From the sequence record PZ019084.1: a stretch of DNA of 64,000 nucleotides; one strand, given 5' to 3'. This DNA is from a phage. The notes under the pieces were generated by a model. That model was not told the DNA's origin, did not search any database, and saw nothing but the letters and a program-made list of their open reading frames with translations. Position 1 is the stretch's first letter. Every line of letters begins with the position of its first letter. Both the position numbers and the translations under genes were made by a program. Of this stretch, positions 46,345-58,358 are shown piece by piece.

Positions 46345-48055
46345 TAACCTTAATTGGTTTGTCGGTGTTGTTGAAGATAGAATGGACCCATTAAAATTAG
46401 GTCGTGTTCGTGTTCGTGTGGTTGGTCTGCATCCACCACAAAGAGCACAAGGTGATGTAATGGGTATTCCAACTGAAAAATTACCATGGATGTCAGTTAT
46501 TCAACCTATAACTTCTGCAGCAATGTCAGGAATTGGAGGTTCTGTTACTGGACCGGTAGAAGGAACTAGAGTTTATGGTCATTTTTTAGACAAATGGAAA
46601 ACTAACGGAATTGTCCTTGGCACGTATGGTGGAATAGTTCGCGAAAAACCGAATAGACTTGAAGGATTTTCTGACCCAACTGGGCAGTATCCTAGACGTT
46701 TAGGAAATGATACTAACGTATTAAACCAAGGCGGAGAAGTAGGATATGATTCCTCTTCTAATATTATCCAAGATAGTAACTTAGACACCGCAATAAATCC
46801 TGATGATAGACCACTATCAGAGATTCCAACCGATGATAATCCAAATATGTCAATGGCTGAAATGCTTCGCCGTGATGAAGGATTAAGATTAAAAGTTTAT
46901 TGGGATACTGAAGGATATCCGACAATTGGTATTGGTCATCTTATCATGAAGCAGCCAGTTCGTGATATGGCTCAAATTAATAAAGTTTTATCGAAACAAG
47001 TTGGTCGTGAAATTACTGGAAACCCAGGTTCTATTACAATGGAAGAAGCGGTAACTTTATTTGAACGTGATTTAGCTGATATGCAACGTGACATTAAATC
47101 ACATTCTAAAGTTGGCCCAGTTTGGAAAGCAGTTAATCGTTCTCGTCAAATGGCGTTAGAAAATATGGCATTTCAGATGGGTGTTGGTGGTGTAGCTAAA
47201 TTTAACACAATGTTAACTGCTATGTTAGCCGGAGATTGGGAAAAAGCATATAAAGCTGGTCGTGATTCATTATGGTATCAACAAACAAAAGGCCGTGCAT
47301 CCCGTGTTACCATGATTATTCTTACGGGAAATTTGGAATCATACGGTGTTGAAGTGAAAACCCCAGCTAGGTCTCTATCAGCAATGGCTGCTACTGTAGC
47401 TAAATCTTCTGACCCTGCTGACCCTCCTATTCCAAATGACTCGAGAATTTTATTCAAAGAACCAGTTTCTTCATATAAAGGCGAATATCCTTATGTGCAT
47501 ACAATGGAAACTGAAAGTGGACATATTCAGGAATTTGATGATACCCCTGGGCAAGAACGATACAGATTAGTTCATCCAACTGGAACTTATGAAGAAGTAT
47601 CACCGTCAGGAAGAAGAACAAGAAAAACTGTTGATAATTTGTATGATATAACCAACGCTGATGGTAATTTTTTGGTAGCTGGCGATAAAAAGACTAACGT
47701 CGGTGGATCAGAAATTTATTACAACATGGATAATCGTCTTCACCAAATAGATGGAAGCAATACAATATTTGTACGTGGCGATGAAACTAAGACGGTTGAA
47801 GGTAATGGAACTATCCTAGTCAAAGGTAATGTTACTATTGTAGTTGAAGGTAATGCTGACATTACAGTTAAAGGAGATGCTACCACTTTAGTTGAAGGTA
47901 ATCAAACTAATACAGTAAATGGAAATCTTTCTTGGAAAGTTGCTGGGACGGTTGATTGGGACGTTGGCGGTGATTGGACAGAAAAAATGGCATCTATGAG
48001 TTCTATTTCATCTGGTCAATACACAATTGATGGATCGAGGATTGACATTGGCTAA
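46328..48055 (+). CDS. 5: Baseplate hub/cell-puncturing protein gp5 with lysozyme domain
   Basis: 575 aa; internal lysozyme domain (EGLRLKVYWDTEGYPTIGIGHL) resembling gene e product; C-terminal VEGN/VKGN beta-helix repeats. Confidence 0.9.
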   Translation: MEMISNNLNWFVGVVEDRMDPLKLGRVRVRVVGLHPPQRAQGDVMGIPTEKLPWMSVIQPITSAAMSGIGGSVTGPVEGTRVYGHFLDKWKTNGIVLGTYGGIVREKPNRLEGFSDPTGQYPRRLGNDTNVLNQGGEVGYDSSSNIIQDSNLDTAINPDDRPLSEIPTDDNPNMSMAEMLRRDEGLRLKVYWDTEGYPTIGIGHLIMKQPVRDMAQINKVLSKQVGREITGNPGSITMEEAVTLFERDLADMQRDIKSHSKVGPVWKAVNRSRQMALENMAFQMGVGGVAKFNTMLTAMLAGDWEKAYKAGRDSLWYQQTKGRASRVTMIILTGNLESYGVEVKTPARSLSAMAATVAKSSDPADPPIPNDSRILFKEPVSSYKGEYPYVHTMETESGHIQEFDDTPGQERYRLVHPTGTYEEVSPSGRRTRKTVDNLYDITNADGNFLVAGDKKTNVGGSEIYYNMDNRLHQIDGSNTIFVRGDETKTVEGNGTILVKGNVTIVVEGNADITVKGDATTLVEGNQTNTVNGNLSWKVAGTVDWDVGGDWTEKMASMSSISSGQYTIDGSRIDIG

Positions 48056-48584
48056 TATACTTCCAATGAGCGCTGATTTAGGAGAATCCATGGAAGGTTC
48101 TTCTATCGACGTCACCTTTACCGCTCAATTAGAAACAGGTGAAACGTTAGTATCTATAAATATAACTAGTTACGAAGAAACTCCTGGGGTTTTAGTAGAA
48201 GAAAATCGTTTATATGGAACGTATGAATCTGTATTTGGATTTGGAAATGATGCGTTGAAATATCGTTTAGATAATGAATTTAAAACCGCTGCTTCATGGG
48301 AAGACCTTCCAACTGATTCTAATACTCAGTTATATCTATGGAAAGCTCCTCAAAACCTCCAGAAGACATTCACTTACGAAGTAACATTAATATATGACTA
48401 CCAAGAACAAGGTGAATCTGGAGGTTCTGGCAGTAATTCTAGGTCATCTTCTGATACTACTGAACCAACGAATCCTCCGGCTCCAATAAGAAAAACTCTT
48501 GTTAAAAATTACACAAAAACTATAGTTGGAAATTGGAGTCGTTGGGCTAATAAATTGAGAAGCTACGTGTATGAGAGGCCATAA
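48027..48584 (+). CDS. gp5.1-like protein
   Basis: 185 aa ORF overlapping the gp5 stop; true start may be the Met at 48066. Confidence 0.5.
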
Positions 48585-48878
48585 ATGTCAGGATTAAGTT
48601 ATGATAAGTGTGTTACTGCCGGCCATGAAGCATGGCCTCCAACGGTTGTGAATGCTACACAAAGTAAAGTATTCACCGGAGGAATTGCTGTTCTTGTAGC
48701 AGGCGATCCAATTACAGAACATACAGAAATTAAAAAGCCATATGAAACACATGGCGGAGTGACACAACCTAGAACTTCTAAGGTATATGTCACTGGAAAG
48801 AAAGCTGTTCAAATGGCTGATCCAATATCATGCGGTGATACTGTGGCTCAGGCATCATCTAAAGTATTCATTAAATAG
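48585..48878 (+). CDS. 5.4: PAAR-repeat spike tip protein gp5.4
   Basis: 97 aa, same as T4 gp5.4; position right after gp5/5.1. Confidence 0.7.
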
Positions 48879-48886
48879 GATTTAAA

Positions 48887-50869
48887 ATGGCAAATACCCC
48901 TGTAAATTATCAATTAACAAGAACAGCAAATGCTATTCCCGAGATATTCGTCGGGGGTACGTTTGCTGAAATAAAACAAAACCTCATTGAATGGCTTAAT
49001 GGCCAAAATGAATTTTTGGATTATGATTTTGAAGGCTCAAGATTAAACGTTCTGTGTGACCTTTTGGCTTATAATACGCTGTACATTCAGCAGTTTGGTA
49101 ATGCTGCTGTGTATGAAAGCTTTATGCGTACTGCTAACTTACGTAGTTCAGTAGTTCAAGCGGCACAAGATAATGGATATTTACCTACTTCAAAATCAGC
49201 TGCTCAAACTGAAATTATGCTAACTTGTACAGACGCATTGAATAGAAATTACATTACTATTCCTCGCGGTACTCGCTTTTTAGCATATGCAAAAGATACT
49301 TCAGTTAATCCTTACAACTTTGTATCTACTGAAGATGTTATTGCTATTCGTGATAAAAATAACCAATATTTTCCACGTTTAAAATTGGCCCAGGGACGTA
49401 TAGTAAGAACTGAAATCATTTATGATAAATTAACACCTATTATCATTTATGACAAAAATATTGATAGAAACCAGGTTAAATTATATGTTGATGGAGCGGA
49501 ATGGATTAACTGGACAAGAAAGTCAATGGTTCATGCTGGTTCAACATCAACGATTTACTATATGCGTGAAACTATTGATGGAAACACTGAATTCTATTTT
49601 GGCGAAGGTGAAATTTCTGTTAATGCTTCTGAAGGAGCTTTGACCGCTAATTATATCGGAGGTCTTAAACCTACCCAGAACTCTACGATTGTTATTGAGT
49701 ACATCAGTACTAACGGCGCAGATGCGAATGGCGCAGTCGGATTTTCATATGCAGATACATTAACAAATATAACTGTCATCAATATTAACGAAAACCCAAA
49801 TGATGACCCAGATTTTGTTGGGGCAGATGGCGGCGGCGATCCAGAAGATATTGAACGTATTCGCGAATTGGGTACTATTAAACGCGAAACCCAGCAACGC
49901 TGCGTAACTGCGACTGACTATGATACATTCGTTTCAGAGAGATTTGGTTCTATTATTCAAGCAGTTCAGACGTTCACTGATTCTACTAAACCTGGTTATG
50001 CATTTATTGCTGCTAAACCTAAATCAGGGCTATATTTAACTACTGTACAGCGCGAAGATATTAAAAATTATCTCAAAGACTATAATTTAGCTCCTATTAC
50101 GCCATCAATTATTTCTCCTAATTATCTTTTTATTAAGACTAATTTAAAAGTCACATATGCTTTAAATAAGCTACAAGAATCCGAACAGTGGCTCGAAGGT
50201 CAAATAATTGATAAAATTGATCGTTATTATACCGAAGACGTAGAAATTTTTAACTCATCTTTCGCTAAATCTAAGATGTTGACATATGTAGATGATGCAG
50301 ATCACTCTATCATTGGCTCATCAGCGACAATTCAAATTGTTCGTGAAGTACAAAACTTCTATAAAACGCCTGAAGCAGGTATTAAATACAATAATCAAAT
50401 AAAAGATCGTTCTATGGAATCTAATACGTTTTCATTTAATTCTGGACGAAAGGTTGTGAATCCTGATACTGGTTTAGAAGAAGATGTATTATATGACGTT
50501 CGTATAGTATCAACAGACCGAGATTCTAAAGGAATTGGTAAAGTTATTATTGGTCCATTTGCTTCTGGCGATGTTACAGAAAATGAAAACATTCAGCCGT
50601 ATACAGGCAACGATTTTAACAAATTAGCAAATTCTGATGGACGCGACAAATACTATGTTATCGGTGAAATAAATTATCCAGCTGATGTGATTTATTGGAA
50701 TATCGCTAAAATTAATTTAACATCTGAAAAATTTGAAGTTCAGACCATCGAATTATATTCTGACCCAACCGATGATGTTATCTTTACTCGCGACGGTTCA
50801 CTGATTGTATTTGAAAATGACTTACGTCCACAATACTTAACTATCGATTTGGAGCCTATATCACAATGA
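48887..50869 (+). CDS. 6: Baseplate wedge protein gp6
   Basis: 660 aa, same as T4 gp6; gene order. Confidence 0.85.
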   Translation: MANTPVNYQLTRTANAIPEIFVGGTFAEIKQNLIEWLNGQNEFLDYDFEGSRLNVLCDLLAYNTLYIQQFGNAAVYESFMRTANLRSSVVQAAQDNGYLPTSKSAAQTEIMLTCTDALNRNYITIPRGTRFLAYAKDTSVNPYNFVSTEDVIAIRDKNNQYFPRLKLAQGRIVRTEIIYDKLTPIIIYDKNIDRNQVKLYVDGAEWINWTRKSMVHAGSTSTIYYMRETIDGNTEFYFGEGEISVNASEGALTANYIGGLKPTQNSTIVIEYISTNGADANGAVGFSYADTLTNITVININENPNDDPDFVGADGGGDPEDIERIRELGTIKRETQQRCVTATDYDTFVSERFGSIIQAVQTFTDSTKPGYAFIAAKPKSGLYLTTVQREDIKNYLKDYNLAPITPSIISPNYLFIKTNLKVTYALNKLQESEQWLEGQIIDKIDRYYTEDVEIFNSSFAKSKMLTYVDDADHSIIGSSATIQIVREVQNFYKTPEAGIKYNNQIKDRSMESNTFSFNSGRKVVNPDTGLEEDVLYDVRIVSTDRDSKGIGKVIIGPFASGDVTENENIQPYTGNDFNKLANSDGRDKYYVIGEINYPADVIYWNIAKINLTSEKFEVQTIELYSDPTDDVIFTRDGSLIVFENDLRPQYLTIDLEPISQ

Positions 50870-53800
50870 CAGTAAAAGCACCTTCAGTCACTAGTCTCAG
50901 AATTTCCAAGTTATCCGCAAATCAGGTGCAAGTACGCTGGGATGACGTTGGTGCTAATTTCTACTATTTTGTAGAAATCGCTGAGACAAAAACAAACTCG
51001 GGGGAAAATCTCCCGAGTAATCAATATAGATGGATTAACTTAGGATATACTGCAAATAACAGCTTCTTTTTTGATGATGCTGACCCGTTGACATCATACA
51101 TTATCAGAGTAGCTACTGCTGCGCAAGATTTTGAGCAGTCTGATTGGATTTATACCGAAGAGTTTGAAACTTTTGCTACAAATGCTTATACATTTCAAAA
51201 CATGATTGAAATGCAATTAGCTAATAAATTCATTCAGGAAAAATTTACTCTTAATAATTCTGATTATGTCAATTTTAATAATGACACTATAATGGCTGCA
51301 TTAATGAATGAATCATTTCAGTTCAGCCCATCATATGTTGACGTTTCATCAATAAGCAATTTTATTATTGGTGAAAATGAGTATCATGAAATACAGGGTT
51401 CTATTCAGCAAGTATGTAAGGATATTAACCGAGTTTATTTGATGGAATCAGAAGGGATTCTATACCTTTTTGAGCGTTATCAACCTGTAGTTAAAGTATC
51501 CAATGATAAAGGACAAACTTGGAAAGCTGTAAAGCTCTTCAATGACCGCGTAGGATATCCTTTATCTAAGACAGTATATTACCAATCTGCGAACACAACA
51601 TACGTTCTAGGATACGACAAGATTTTCTATGGCCGCAAATCGACTGATGTTAGATGGTCAGCTGACGATGTCAGATTTAGTTCGCAGGATATAACATTCG
51701 CTAAACTTGGCGACCAATTACATTTAGGATTTGATGTAGAAATTTTTGCCACTTACGCGACTTTACCAGCGAATGTATATCGCATTGCAGAAGCTATTAC
51801 TTGCACCGATGATTACATTTACGTTGTCGCCAGAGACAAAGTTAGATACATAAAAACGAGCAATGCACCTATAGATTCTGATCCATTATCTCCAACATAT
51901 TCGGAAAGGCTTTTTGAACCTGATACGATGACTATAACCGGAAATCCTAAAGCAGTATGCTATAAAATGGATTCTATCGGTGATAAAGTTTTTGCTCTTA
52001 TTATTGGTGAAGTTGAAACATTAAATGCTAATCCTAGAACATCAAAAATAATTGATTCTGCTGATAAAGGAATATATGTTTTAAATCATGACACAAAAAC
52101 ATGGAAAAGAGTTTTTGGCAATACTGAAGAAGAAAGAAGACGTATTCAACCGGGGTATGCGAATATGTCAACTGATGGTAAATTAGTTTCTCTATCATCG
52201 AGTAATTTTAAATTTTTAAGTGATAATATTGTTAATGACCCTGAAACTGCAGTAAAATATCAGTTAATCGGTGCTGTTAAATATGAATTTCCTCGTGAAT
52301 GGTTAGCTGATAAGCATTATCATATGATGGCATTTATAGCAGATGAAAAGTCTGATTGGGAAACTTTTACTCCTCAGCCGATGAAATACTATGCAGAACC
52401 ATTCTTTAACTGGTCTAAAAAATCTAACACACGTTGTTGGATAAACAACTCTGATAGGGTTGTAGTAGTTTATGCTGATTTGAAATACACTAAGGTTATA
52501 GAAAATATTCCTGAAACATCACCAGATAGATTAGTTCATGAATACTGGGATGATGGCGATTGCACTATAGTAATGCCAAATGTTAAATTCACTGGATTTA
52601 AAAAATATGCGTCTGGGATGCTTTTCTATAAAGCCTCTGGCGAAATAATTTCTTACTATGATTTTAACTATCGTGTTAGAGACACTGTCGAAATTATTTG
52701 GAAGCCAACTGAAGTATTTTTAAAAGCATTTTTACAAAACCAAGAGCATGAAACTCCTTGGTCGCCTGAAGAAGAGCGTGGATTAGCTGACCCTGATTTA
52801 AGACCGTTGATTGGCACAATGATGCCTGATTCTTATTTGTTACAGGATTCGAATTTTGAGGCATTTTGCGAAGCATATATTCAGTATCTTTCTGATGGAT
52901 ATGGAACCCAGTATAATAATTTACGAAATTTAATTCGTAACAAATATCCACGAGAAGAGCATGCATGGGAATATTTGTGGTCAGAGATATATAAAAGAAA
53001 CATTTATTTAAATGCTGACAAACGCGATGCTGTTGCAAGATTTTTCGAATCACGTAGCTATGATTTTTATTCTACTAAAGGAATTGAAGCATCATACAAA
53101 TTTCTTTTTAAAGTTCTTTATAATGAAGAGGTTGAAATTGAAATTGAATCTGGGGCTGGTACTGAATATGATATAATCGTTCAATCTGATTCTTTGACTG
53201 AAGACTTAGTAGGACAAACGATTTATACAGCCACAGGAAGATGTAATGTTACTTATATAGAAAGAAGCTATTCTAATGGTAAATTGCAATGGACCGTAAC
53301 TATTCATAATCTTTTGGGAAGATTGATTGCCGGTCAAGAAGTTAAAGCAGAAAGACTTCCTAGTTTTGAAGGCGAAATTATTCGTGGCGTTAAAGGAAAG
53401 GATTTGCTTCAAAACAATATAGACTATATTAATAGAAGTAGATCATACTATGTAATGAAAATTAAATCCAATTTACCTTCTTCCCGCTGGAAATCTGACG
53501 TTATTCGTTTTGTTCATCCAGTAGGATTTGGATTTATAGCAATTACCCTTTTAACAATGTTTATTAATGTTGGTTTAACTCTTAAACATACAGAGACTAT
53601 AATTAATAAATACAAAAACTATAAATGGGATTCTGGATTGCCTACTGAATACGCTGATAGAGTAGCTAAATTGACTCCAACTGGAGAAATTGAGCATGAT
53701 TCAGTAACAGGCGAAGCAATTTATGAGCCTGGCCCAATGGCTGGCGTAAAATATCCTCTTCCTGATGACTATAATGCTGAAAATAATAATTCAATATTTC

Positions 53801-53964
53801 AAGGTCAATTGCCGTCTGAACGACGTAAATTAATGAGTCCTTTATTTGATGCATCTGGAACAGCATTTGCACAATTTAGGGATTTAGTTAATAAACGTCT
53901 AAAAGATAATATAGGAAATCCAAGAGACCCTGAAAATCCAACACAGGTTAAAATAGATGAATGA
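50866..53964 (+). CDS. 7: Baseplate wedge protein gp7
   Basis: 1032 aa, same as T4 gp7; gene order. Confidence 0.85.
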   Translation: MTVKAPSVTSLRISKLSANQVQVRWDDVGANFYYFVEIAETKTNSGENLPSNQYRWINLGYTANNSFFFDDADPLTSYIIRVATAAQDFEQSDWIYTEEFETFATNAYTFQNMIEMQLANKFIQEKFTLNNSDYVNFNNDTIMAALMNESFQFSPSYVDVSSISNFIIGENEYHEIQGSIQQVCKDINRVYLMESEGILYLFERYQPVVKVSNDKGQTWKAVKLFNDRVGYPLSKTVYYQSANTTYVLGYDKIFYGRKSTDVRWSADDVRFSSQDITFAKLGDQLHLGFDVEIFATYATLPANVYRIAEAITCTDDYIYVVARDKVRYIKTSNAPIDSDPLSPTYSERLFEPDTMTITGNPKAVCYKMDSIGDKVFALIIGEVETLNANPRTSKIIDSADKGIYVLNHDTKTWKRVFGNTEEERRRIQPGYANMSTDGKLVSLSSSNFKFLSDNIVNDPETAVKYQLIGAVKYEFPREWLADKHYHMMAFIADEKSDWETFTPQPMKYYAEPFFNWSKKSNTRCWINNSDRVVVVYADLKYTKVIENIPETSPDRLVHEYWDDGDCTIVMPNVKFTGFKKYASGMLFYKASGEIISYYDFNYRVRDTVEIIWKPTEVFLKAFLQNQEHETPWSPEEERGLADPDLRPLIGTMMPDSYLLQDSNFEAFCEAYIQYLSDGYGTQYNNLRNLIRNKYPREEHAWEYLWSEIYKRNIYLNADKRDAVARFFESRSYDFYSTKGIEASYKFLFKVLYNEEVEIEIESGAGTEYDIIVQSDSLTEDLVGQTIYTATGRCNVTYIERSYSNGKLQWTVTIHNLLGRLIAGQEVKAERLPSFEGEIIRGVKGKDLLQNNIDYINRSRSYYVMKIKSNLPSSRWKSDVIRFVHPVGFGFIAITLLTMFINVGLTLKHTETIINKYKNYKWDSGLPTEYADRVAKLTPTGEIEHDSVTGEAIYEPGPMAGVKYPLPDDYNAENNNSIFQGQLPSERRKLMSPLFDASGTAFAQFRDLVNKRLKDNIGNPRDPENPTQVKIDE

Positions 53965-54961
53965 TTCAAGTGTTATCTATCGTGCGATAGTTACTTCAAA
54001 ATTTAGAACAGAAAAAATGTTGAATTTTTATAATTCAATTGGAAGTGGTCCGGATAAAAACACTATCTTTATCACATTTGGAAGATCAGAACCATGGTCA
54101 TCAAATGAAAATGAGGCGGGCTTTGCCCCGCCTTATCCCACTGATTCTGTATTAGGTGTAACTGATATGTGGACACATATGATGGGAACAGTAAAGGTTC
54201 TTCCATCAATGCTTGATGCTGTTATTCCTCGCAGAGATTGGGGAGATACTAGATATCCGGATCCATACACATTTAGAATTAACGATATTGTAGTGTGTAA
54301 CTCAGCTCCTTACAATGCTACTGAATCAGGCGCAGGCTGGCTAGTATATCGTTGTTTAGATGTTCCTGATACTGGAATGTGTTCAATAACATCTTTAACT
54401 GATAAGGATGAATGCCTCAAATTAGGTGGAAAATGGACTCCTTCTGCTAGGTCAATGACTCCTCCTGAAGGTCGAGGAGACGCGGAAGGAACAATCGAAC
54501 CCGGCGACGGATATGTTTGGGAATATCTTTTTGAGATTCCGCCTGATGTATCTATAAATAGATGCACGAATGAATATATCGTGGTTCCTTGGCCTGAGGA
54601 ATTAAAAGAAGACCCGGCTAGATGGGGGTATGAAGATAATCTCACTTGGCAACAAGATGATTTTGGATTAATTTACCGTGTTAAGGCAAATACTATCCGT
54701 TTTAAAGCATATTTAGATTCAGTTTATTTTCCTGAAGCTGCATTGCCGGGAAATAAAGGATTTAGACAAATATCAATAATCACGAATCCTCTTGAAGCTA
54801 AAGCTAATCCAAATGACCCAAACGTTAAAGCTGAAAAGGATTATTATGATCCGGAAGATTTAATGAGGCATTCGGGCGAAATGATTTATATGGAAAATAG
54901 GCCACCTATTATCATGGCAATGGATCAAACAGAAGAAATCAATATTCTGTTTACATTTTAA
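53957..54961 (+). CDS. 8: Baseplate wedge protein gp8
   Basis: 334 aa, same as T4 gp8; followed by terminator hairpin. Confidence 0.85.
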   Translation: MNDSSVIYRAIVTSKFRTEKMLNFYNSIGSGPDKNTIFITFGRSEPWSSNENEAGFAPPYPTDSVLGVTDMWTHMMGTVKVLPSMLDAVIPRRDWGDTRYPDPYTFRINDIVVCNSAPYNATESGAGWLVYRCLDVPDTGMCSITSLTDKDECLKLGGKWTPSARSMTPPEGRGDAEGTIEPGDGYVWEYLFEIPPDVSINRCTNEYIVVPWPEELKEDPARWGYEDNLTWQQDDFGLIYRVKANTIRFKAYLDSVYFPEAALPGNKGFRQISIITNPLEAKANPNDPNVKAEKDYYDPEDLMRHSGEMIYMENRPPIIMAMDQTEEINILFTF

Positions 54962-54966
54962 CTTAA

Positions 54967-54984
54967 GGGAGCCCATGGGCTCCC
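54967..54984 (+). terminator. GC hairpin plus T-run (intrinsic terminator after gene 8)
   Basis: gggagcccatgggctccc followed by tttttcttt. Confidence 0.6.
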
Positions 54985-54992
54985 TTTTTCTT

Positions 54993-55000
54993 TATAAATA
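54993..55000 (+). promoter_or_regulatory. Late promoter (TATAAATA) for gene 9
   Basis: Exact TATAAATA about 25 nt upstream of the gp9 ATG. Confidence 0.7.
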
Positions 55001-55024
55001 CTATAAACTCATAAGGAAACCGCT

Positions 55025-55891
55025 ATGTTCATTCAAGAACCAAAGAAATTGATTGATACCGGCGAAATTGGTAACGCTTCTACTGGTGATATCTTATTCG
55101 ACGGTGGTAATAAAATTAATAGTGATTTTAACGCAATTTATAATGCGTTTGGCGATCAACGCAAAATGGCAGTAGCAAATGGCACTGGAGCAGATGGCCA
55201 AATTATCCATGCTACTGGATATTATCAAAAACACTCTATTACAGAGTACGCAACTCCAGTAAAAGTTGGCACTAGGCATGATATTGATACCTCTACTGTA
55301 GGTGTTAAAGTTATCATTGAAAGAGGCGAACTCGGCGATTGTGTTGAATTCATTAACTCAAATGGATCAATATCAGTTACTAATCCTTTAACAATTCAAG
55401 CTATTGATTCAATTAAAGGTGTTTCGGGTAATTTAGTAGTAACTAGTCCATATAGTAAAGTTACTTTACGCTGTATTTCATCTGATAATTCTACATCGGT
55501 TTGGAACTATTCTATTGAAAGTATGTTTGGGCAAAAGGAATCACCAGCTGAAGGTACATGGAATATTTCTACATCCGGATCAGTTGATATTCCACTATTT
55601 CATCGCACTGAATACAATATGGCTAAATTGTTAGTTACATGCCAATCGGTAGATGGAAGAAAAATTAAAACAGCAGAAATAAATATTCTTGTGGATACTG
55701 TTAATTCAGAGGTAATTTCTTCTGAATATGCTGTCATGCGAGTTGGTAATGAAACCGAAGAAGACGAAATCGCTAATATTGCATTTAGTATTAAAGAAAA
55801 TTATGTAACGGCGACTATAAGTTCTTCAACTGTCGGTATGAGAGCAGCAGTTAAAGTTATCGCTACGCAGAAAATCGGGGTGGCTCAATAA
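55025..55891 (+). CDS. 9: Baseplate protein gp9 (long tail fibre socket)
   Basis: 288 aa, same as T4 gp9; gene order. Confidence 0.85.
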   Translation: MFIQEPKKLIDTGEIGNASTGDILFDGGNKINSDFNAIYNAFGDQRKMAVANGTGADGQIIHATGYYQKHSITEYATPVKVGTRHDIDTSTVGVKVIIERGELGDCVEFINSNGSISVTNPLTIQAIDSIKGVSGNLVVTSPYSKVTLRCISSDNSTSVWNYSIESMFGQKESPAEGTWNISTSGSVDIPLFHRTEYNMAKLLVTCQSVDGRKIKTAEINILVDTVNSEVISSEYAVMRVGNETEEDEIANIAFSIKENYVTATISSSTVGMRAAVKVIATQKIGVAQ

Positions 55892-57699
55892 TGAAACAAA
55901 ATATTAATATCGGTAATGTTGTAGATGATGGTACCGGTGACTACCTGCGTAAAGGTGGTATAAAAATAAATGAAAACTTTGATGAGCTTTATTATGAGCT
56001 CGGTGATGGAGATGTTCCATATTCAGCCGGTGCCTGGAAAACTTATGATGCTTCATCTGGCCAAACATTAAAAGCTGAGTGGGGGAAATCATACGCTATT
56101 AATACCTCTTCTGGAAGAGTAACTATAAATCTTCCAAAAGGAACTGTCAATGATTACAACAAGGTAATTAGAGCTAGAGACGTATTTGCTACATGGAACG
56201 TCAACCCAGTTACATTAGTAGCTGCTTCCGGCGATACGATTAAAGGGTCTGCAGTACCAGTTGAAATTAATGTTCAATTCAGCGATTTGGAATTAGTGTA
56301 TTGCGCCCCAGGACGTTGGGAATATGTCAAAAATAAGCAAATTGACAAAATTACCAGTTCAGACATTAGTAATGTAGCTCGTAAAGAATTTTTAGTCGAA
56401 GTCCAAGGACAAACAGACTTTTTAGATGTTTTCCGTGGAACTAGTTATAATGTAAATAACATCAGAGTAAAACATCGTGGTAACGAATTGTATTACGGCG
56501 ATGTATTTAGTGAAAACAGCGATTTTGGCTCTCCGGGCGAAAACGAAGGTGAATTAGTTCCTCTTGATGGATTTAATATTCGATTAAGACAGCCTTGTAA
56601 TATTGGTGATACTGTTCAAATTGAAACATTTATGGATGGCGTATCACAGTGGAGAAGTTCATATACAAGACGTCAAATTAGATTGTTAGATTCAAAATTA
56701 ACGTCAAAAACTTCTCTAGAAGGAAGTATTTACGTTACTGATTTATCAACAATGAAATCAATTCCATTTTCTGCTTTTGGATTAATTCCAGGAGAACCTA
56801 TTAATCCTAACTCTCTTGAAGTTCGTTTTAATGGAATTTTACAGGAATTGGCTGGCACAGCTGGAATGCCATTATTTCATTGTGTTGGTGCCGATTCAGA
56901 CGATGAAGTAGAATGCTCTGTTTTAGGTGGAACTTGGGAACAATCTCATACCGATTATTCAGTTGAAACTGATGAAAACGGCATACCAGAAACATTGCAC
57001 TTCGATAGAGTATTTGAGCATGGCGACATTATCAATATCACCTGGTTTAATAATGATTTAGGTACATTATTAACAAAAGATGAGATTATTGATGAAACCG
57101 ATAATCTCTATGTATCGCAAGGGCCGGGAGTAGATATTTCTGGTGATGTAAATTTAACAGACTTCGATAAAATTGGTTGGCCAAATGTAGAAGCAGTTCA
57201 ATCTTATCAACGCGAATTTAATGCTGTTTCAAATATCTTTGATACGATTTATCCTATTGGAACTATATATGAAAACGCTGTTAATCCAAATAACCCTGTT
57301 ACATATATGGGATTCGGCTCATGGAAATTATTTGGGCAAGGAAAAGTTTTAGTTGGATGGAATGAAGATATTTCGGACCCTAACTTTGCTCTAAATAACA
57401 ACGATTTAGATTCGAGCGGAAATCCTTCGCATACTGCAGGTGGAACAGGTGGTTCTACTTCTGTTACATTGGAAAATGCTAATCTTCCTGCAACTGAAAC
57501 AGATGAAGAAGTTCTAATAGTTGATGAAAATGGATCAGTCATTGTTGGTGGGTGTCAATACGATCCAGATGAATCCGGTCCAATTTACACTAAATACCGT
57601 GAAGCTAAAGCATCTACTAACTCTACTCACACTCCGCCAACATCAATAACTAACATTCAACCATATATTACAGTTTATCGTTGGATAAGGATTGCATAA
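55891..57699 (+). CDS. 10: Baseplate wedge protein gp10
   Basis: 602 aa, same as T4 gp10; gene order. Confidence 0.85.
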   Translation: MKQNINIGNVVDDGTGDYLRKGGIKINENFDELYYELGDGDVPYSAGAWKTYDASSGQTLKAEWGKSYAINTSSGRVTINLPKGTVNDYNKVIRARDVFATWNVNPVTLVAASGDTIKGSAVPVEINVQFSDLELVYCAPGRWEYVKNKQIDKITSSDISNVARKEFLVEVQGQTDFLDVFRGTSYNVNNIRVKHRGNELYYGDVFSENSDFGSPGENEGELVPLDGFNIRLRQPCNIGDTVQIETFMDGVSQWRSSYTRRQIRLLDSKLTSKTSLEGSIYVTDLSTMKSIPFSAFGLIPGEPINPNSLEVRFNGILQELAGTAGMPLFHCVGADSDDEVECSVLGGTWEQSHTDYSVETDENGIPETLHFDRVFEHGDIINITWFNNDLGTLLTKDEIIDETDNLYVSQGPGVDISGDVNLTDFDKIGWPNVEAVQSYQREFNAVSNIFDTIYPIGTIYENAVNPNNPVTYMGFGSWKLFGQGKVLVGWNEDISDPNFALNNNDLDSSGNPSHTAGGTGGSTSVTLENANLPATETDEEVLIVDENGSVIVGGCQYDPDESGPIYTKYREAKASTNSTHTPPTSITNIQPYITVYRWIRIA

Positions 57700-58358
57700 T
57701 GAGTTTACTTAATAATAAAGCGGGAGTTATTTCCCGCTTAGCCGATTTTCTTGGTTTTAGACCTAAAGCTGGTAATATAGACGTAATGAATCGTCAATCA
57801 GTTGGGTCAGTGACAATTTCTCAATTAGCGAAAGGATTTTATGAACCTAACGTAGAATCAGCTATTAATGATGTTCATAATTTTTCTATAAAAGACGTTG
57901 GTACAATTATTACTAATAAAACTGGTGTTTCTCCTGAGGGTGTTTCTCAAACTGATTATTGGGCATTTTCAGGAACTGTGACAGATGATTCGCTTCCTCC
58001 TGGTTCTCCTGTTACTGTATTAGTATTTGGTCTTCCAGTTTCAGCAACAACCGGAATGACAGCTATCGAGTTTGTTGCCAAAGTTCGCGTTGCACTGCAA
58101 GAAGCTATTGCGTCATTTACTGCTATCAACTCATATAAAGACCATCCAACAGATGGTAGTAAATTAGAAGTTACTTATTTAGATAATCAAAAACATGTAT
58201 TAAGCACATATTCTACATATGGAATAACTATTTCGCAGGAAATTATTTCTGAGTCTAAACCTGGCTATGGTACATGGAATTTATTAGGCGCACAAACTGT
58301 AACTTTAGATAATCAGCAGACTCCTACAGTATTTTATCATTTTGAGAGAACAGCATGA
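57699..58358 (+). CDS. 11: Baseplate wedge protein gp11 (short tail fibre attachment)
   Basis: Start set at [10 protein letters not shown] (TAATG overlap with gp10 stop), giving 219 aa as in T4. Confidence 0.85.
   Translation: MSLLNNKAGVISRLADFLGFRPKAGNIDVMNRQSVGSVTISQLAKGFYEPNVESAINDVHNFSIKDVGTIITNKTGVSPEGVSQTDYWAFSGTVTDDSLPPGSPVTVLVFGLPVSATTGMTAIEFVAKVRVALQEAIASFTAINSYKDHPTDGSKLEVTYLDNQKHVLSTYSTYGITISQEIISESKPGYGTWNLLGAQTVTLDNQQTPTVFYHFERTA

Noticed and set aside
48594-48812. Minus-strand ORFs antisense to gene 5.4, and similar antisense ORFs inside genes 6, 7, 10, 12, wac and 13
   Set aside because: Contained within well-supported late structural genes on the opposite strand; no promoters or RBS.
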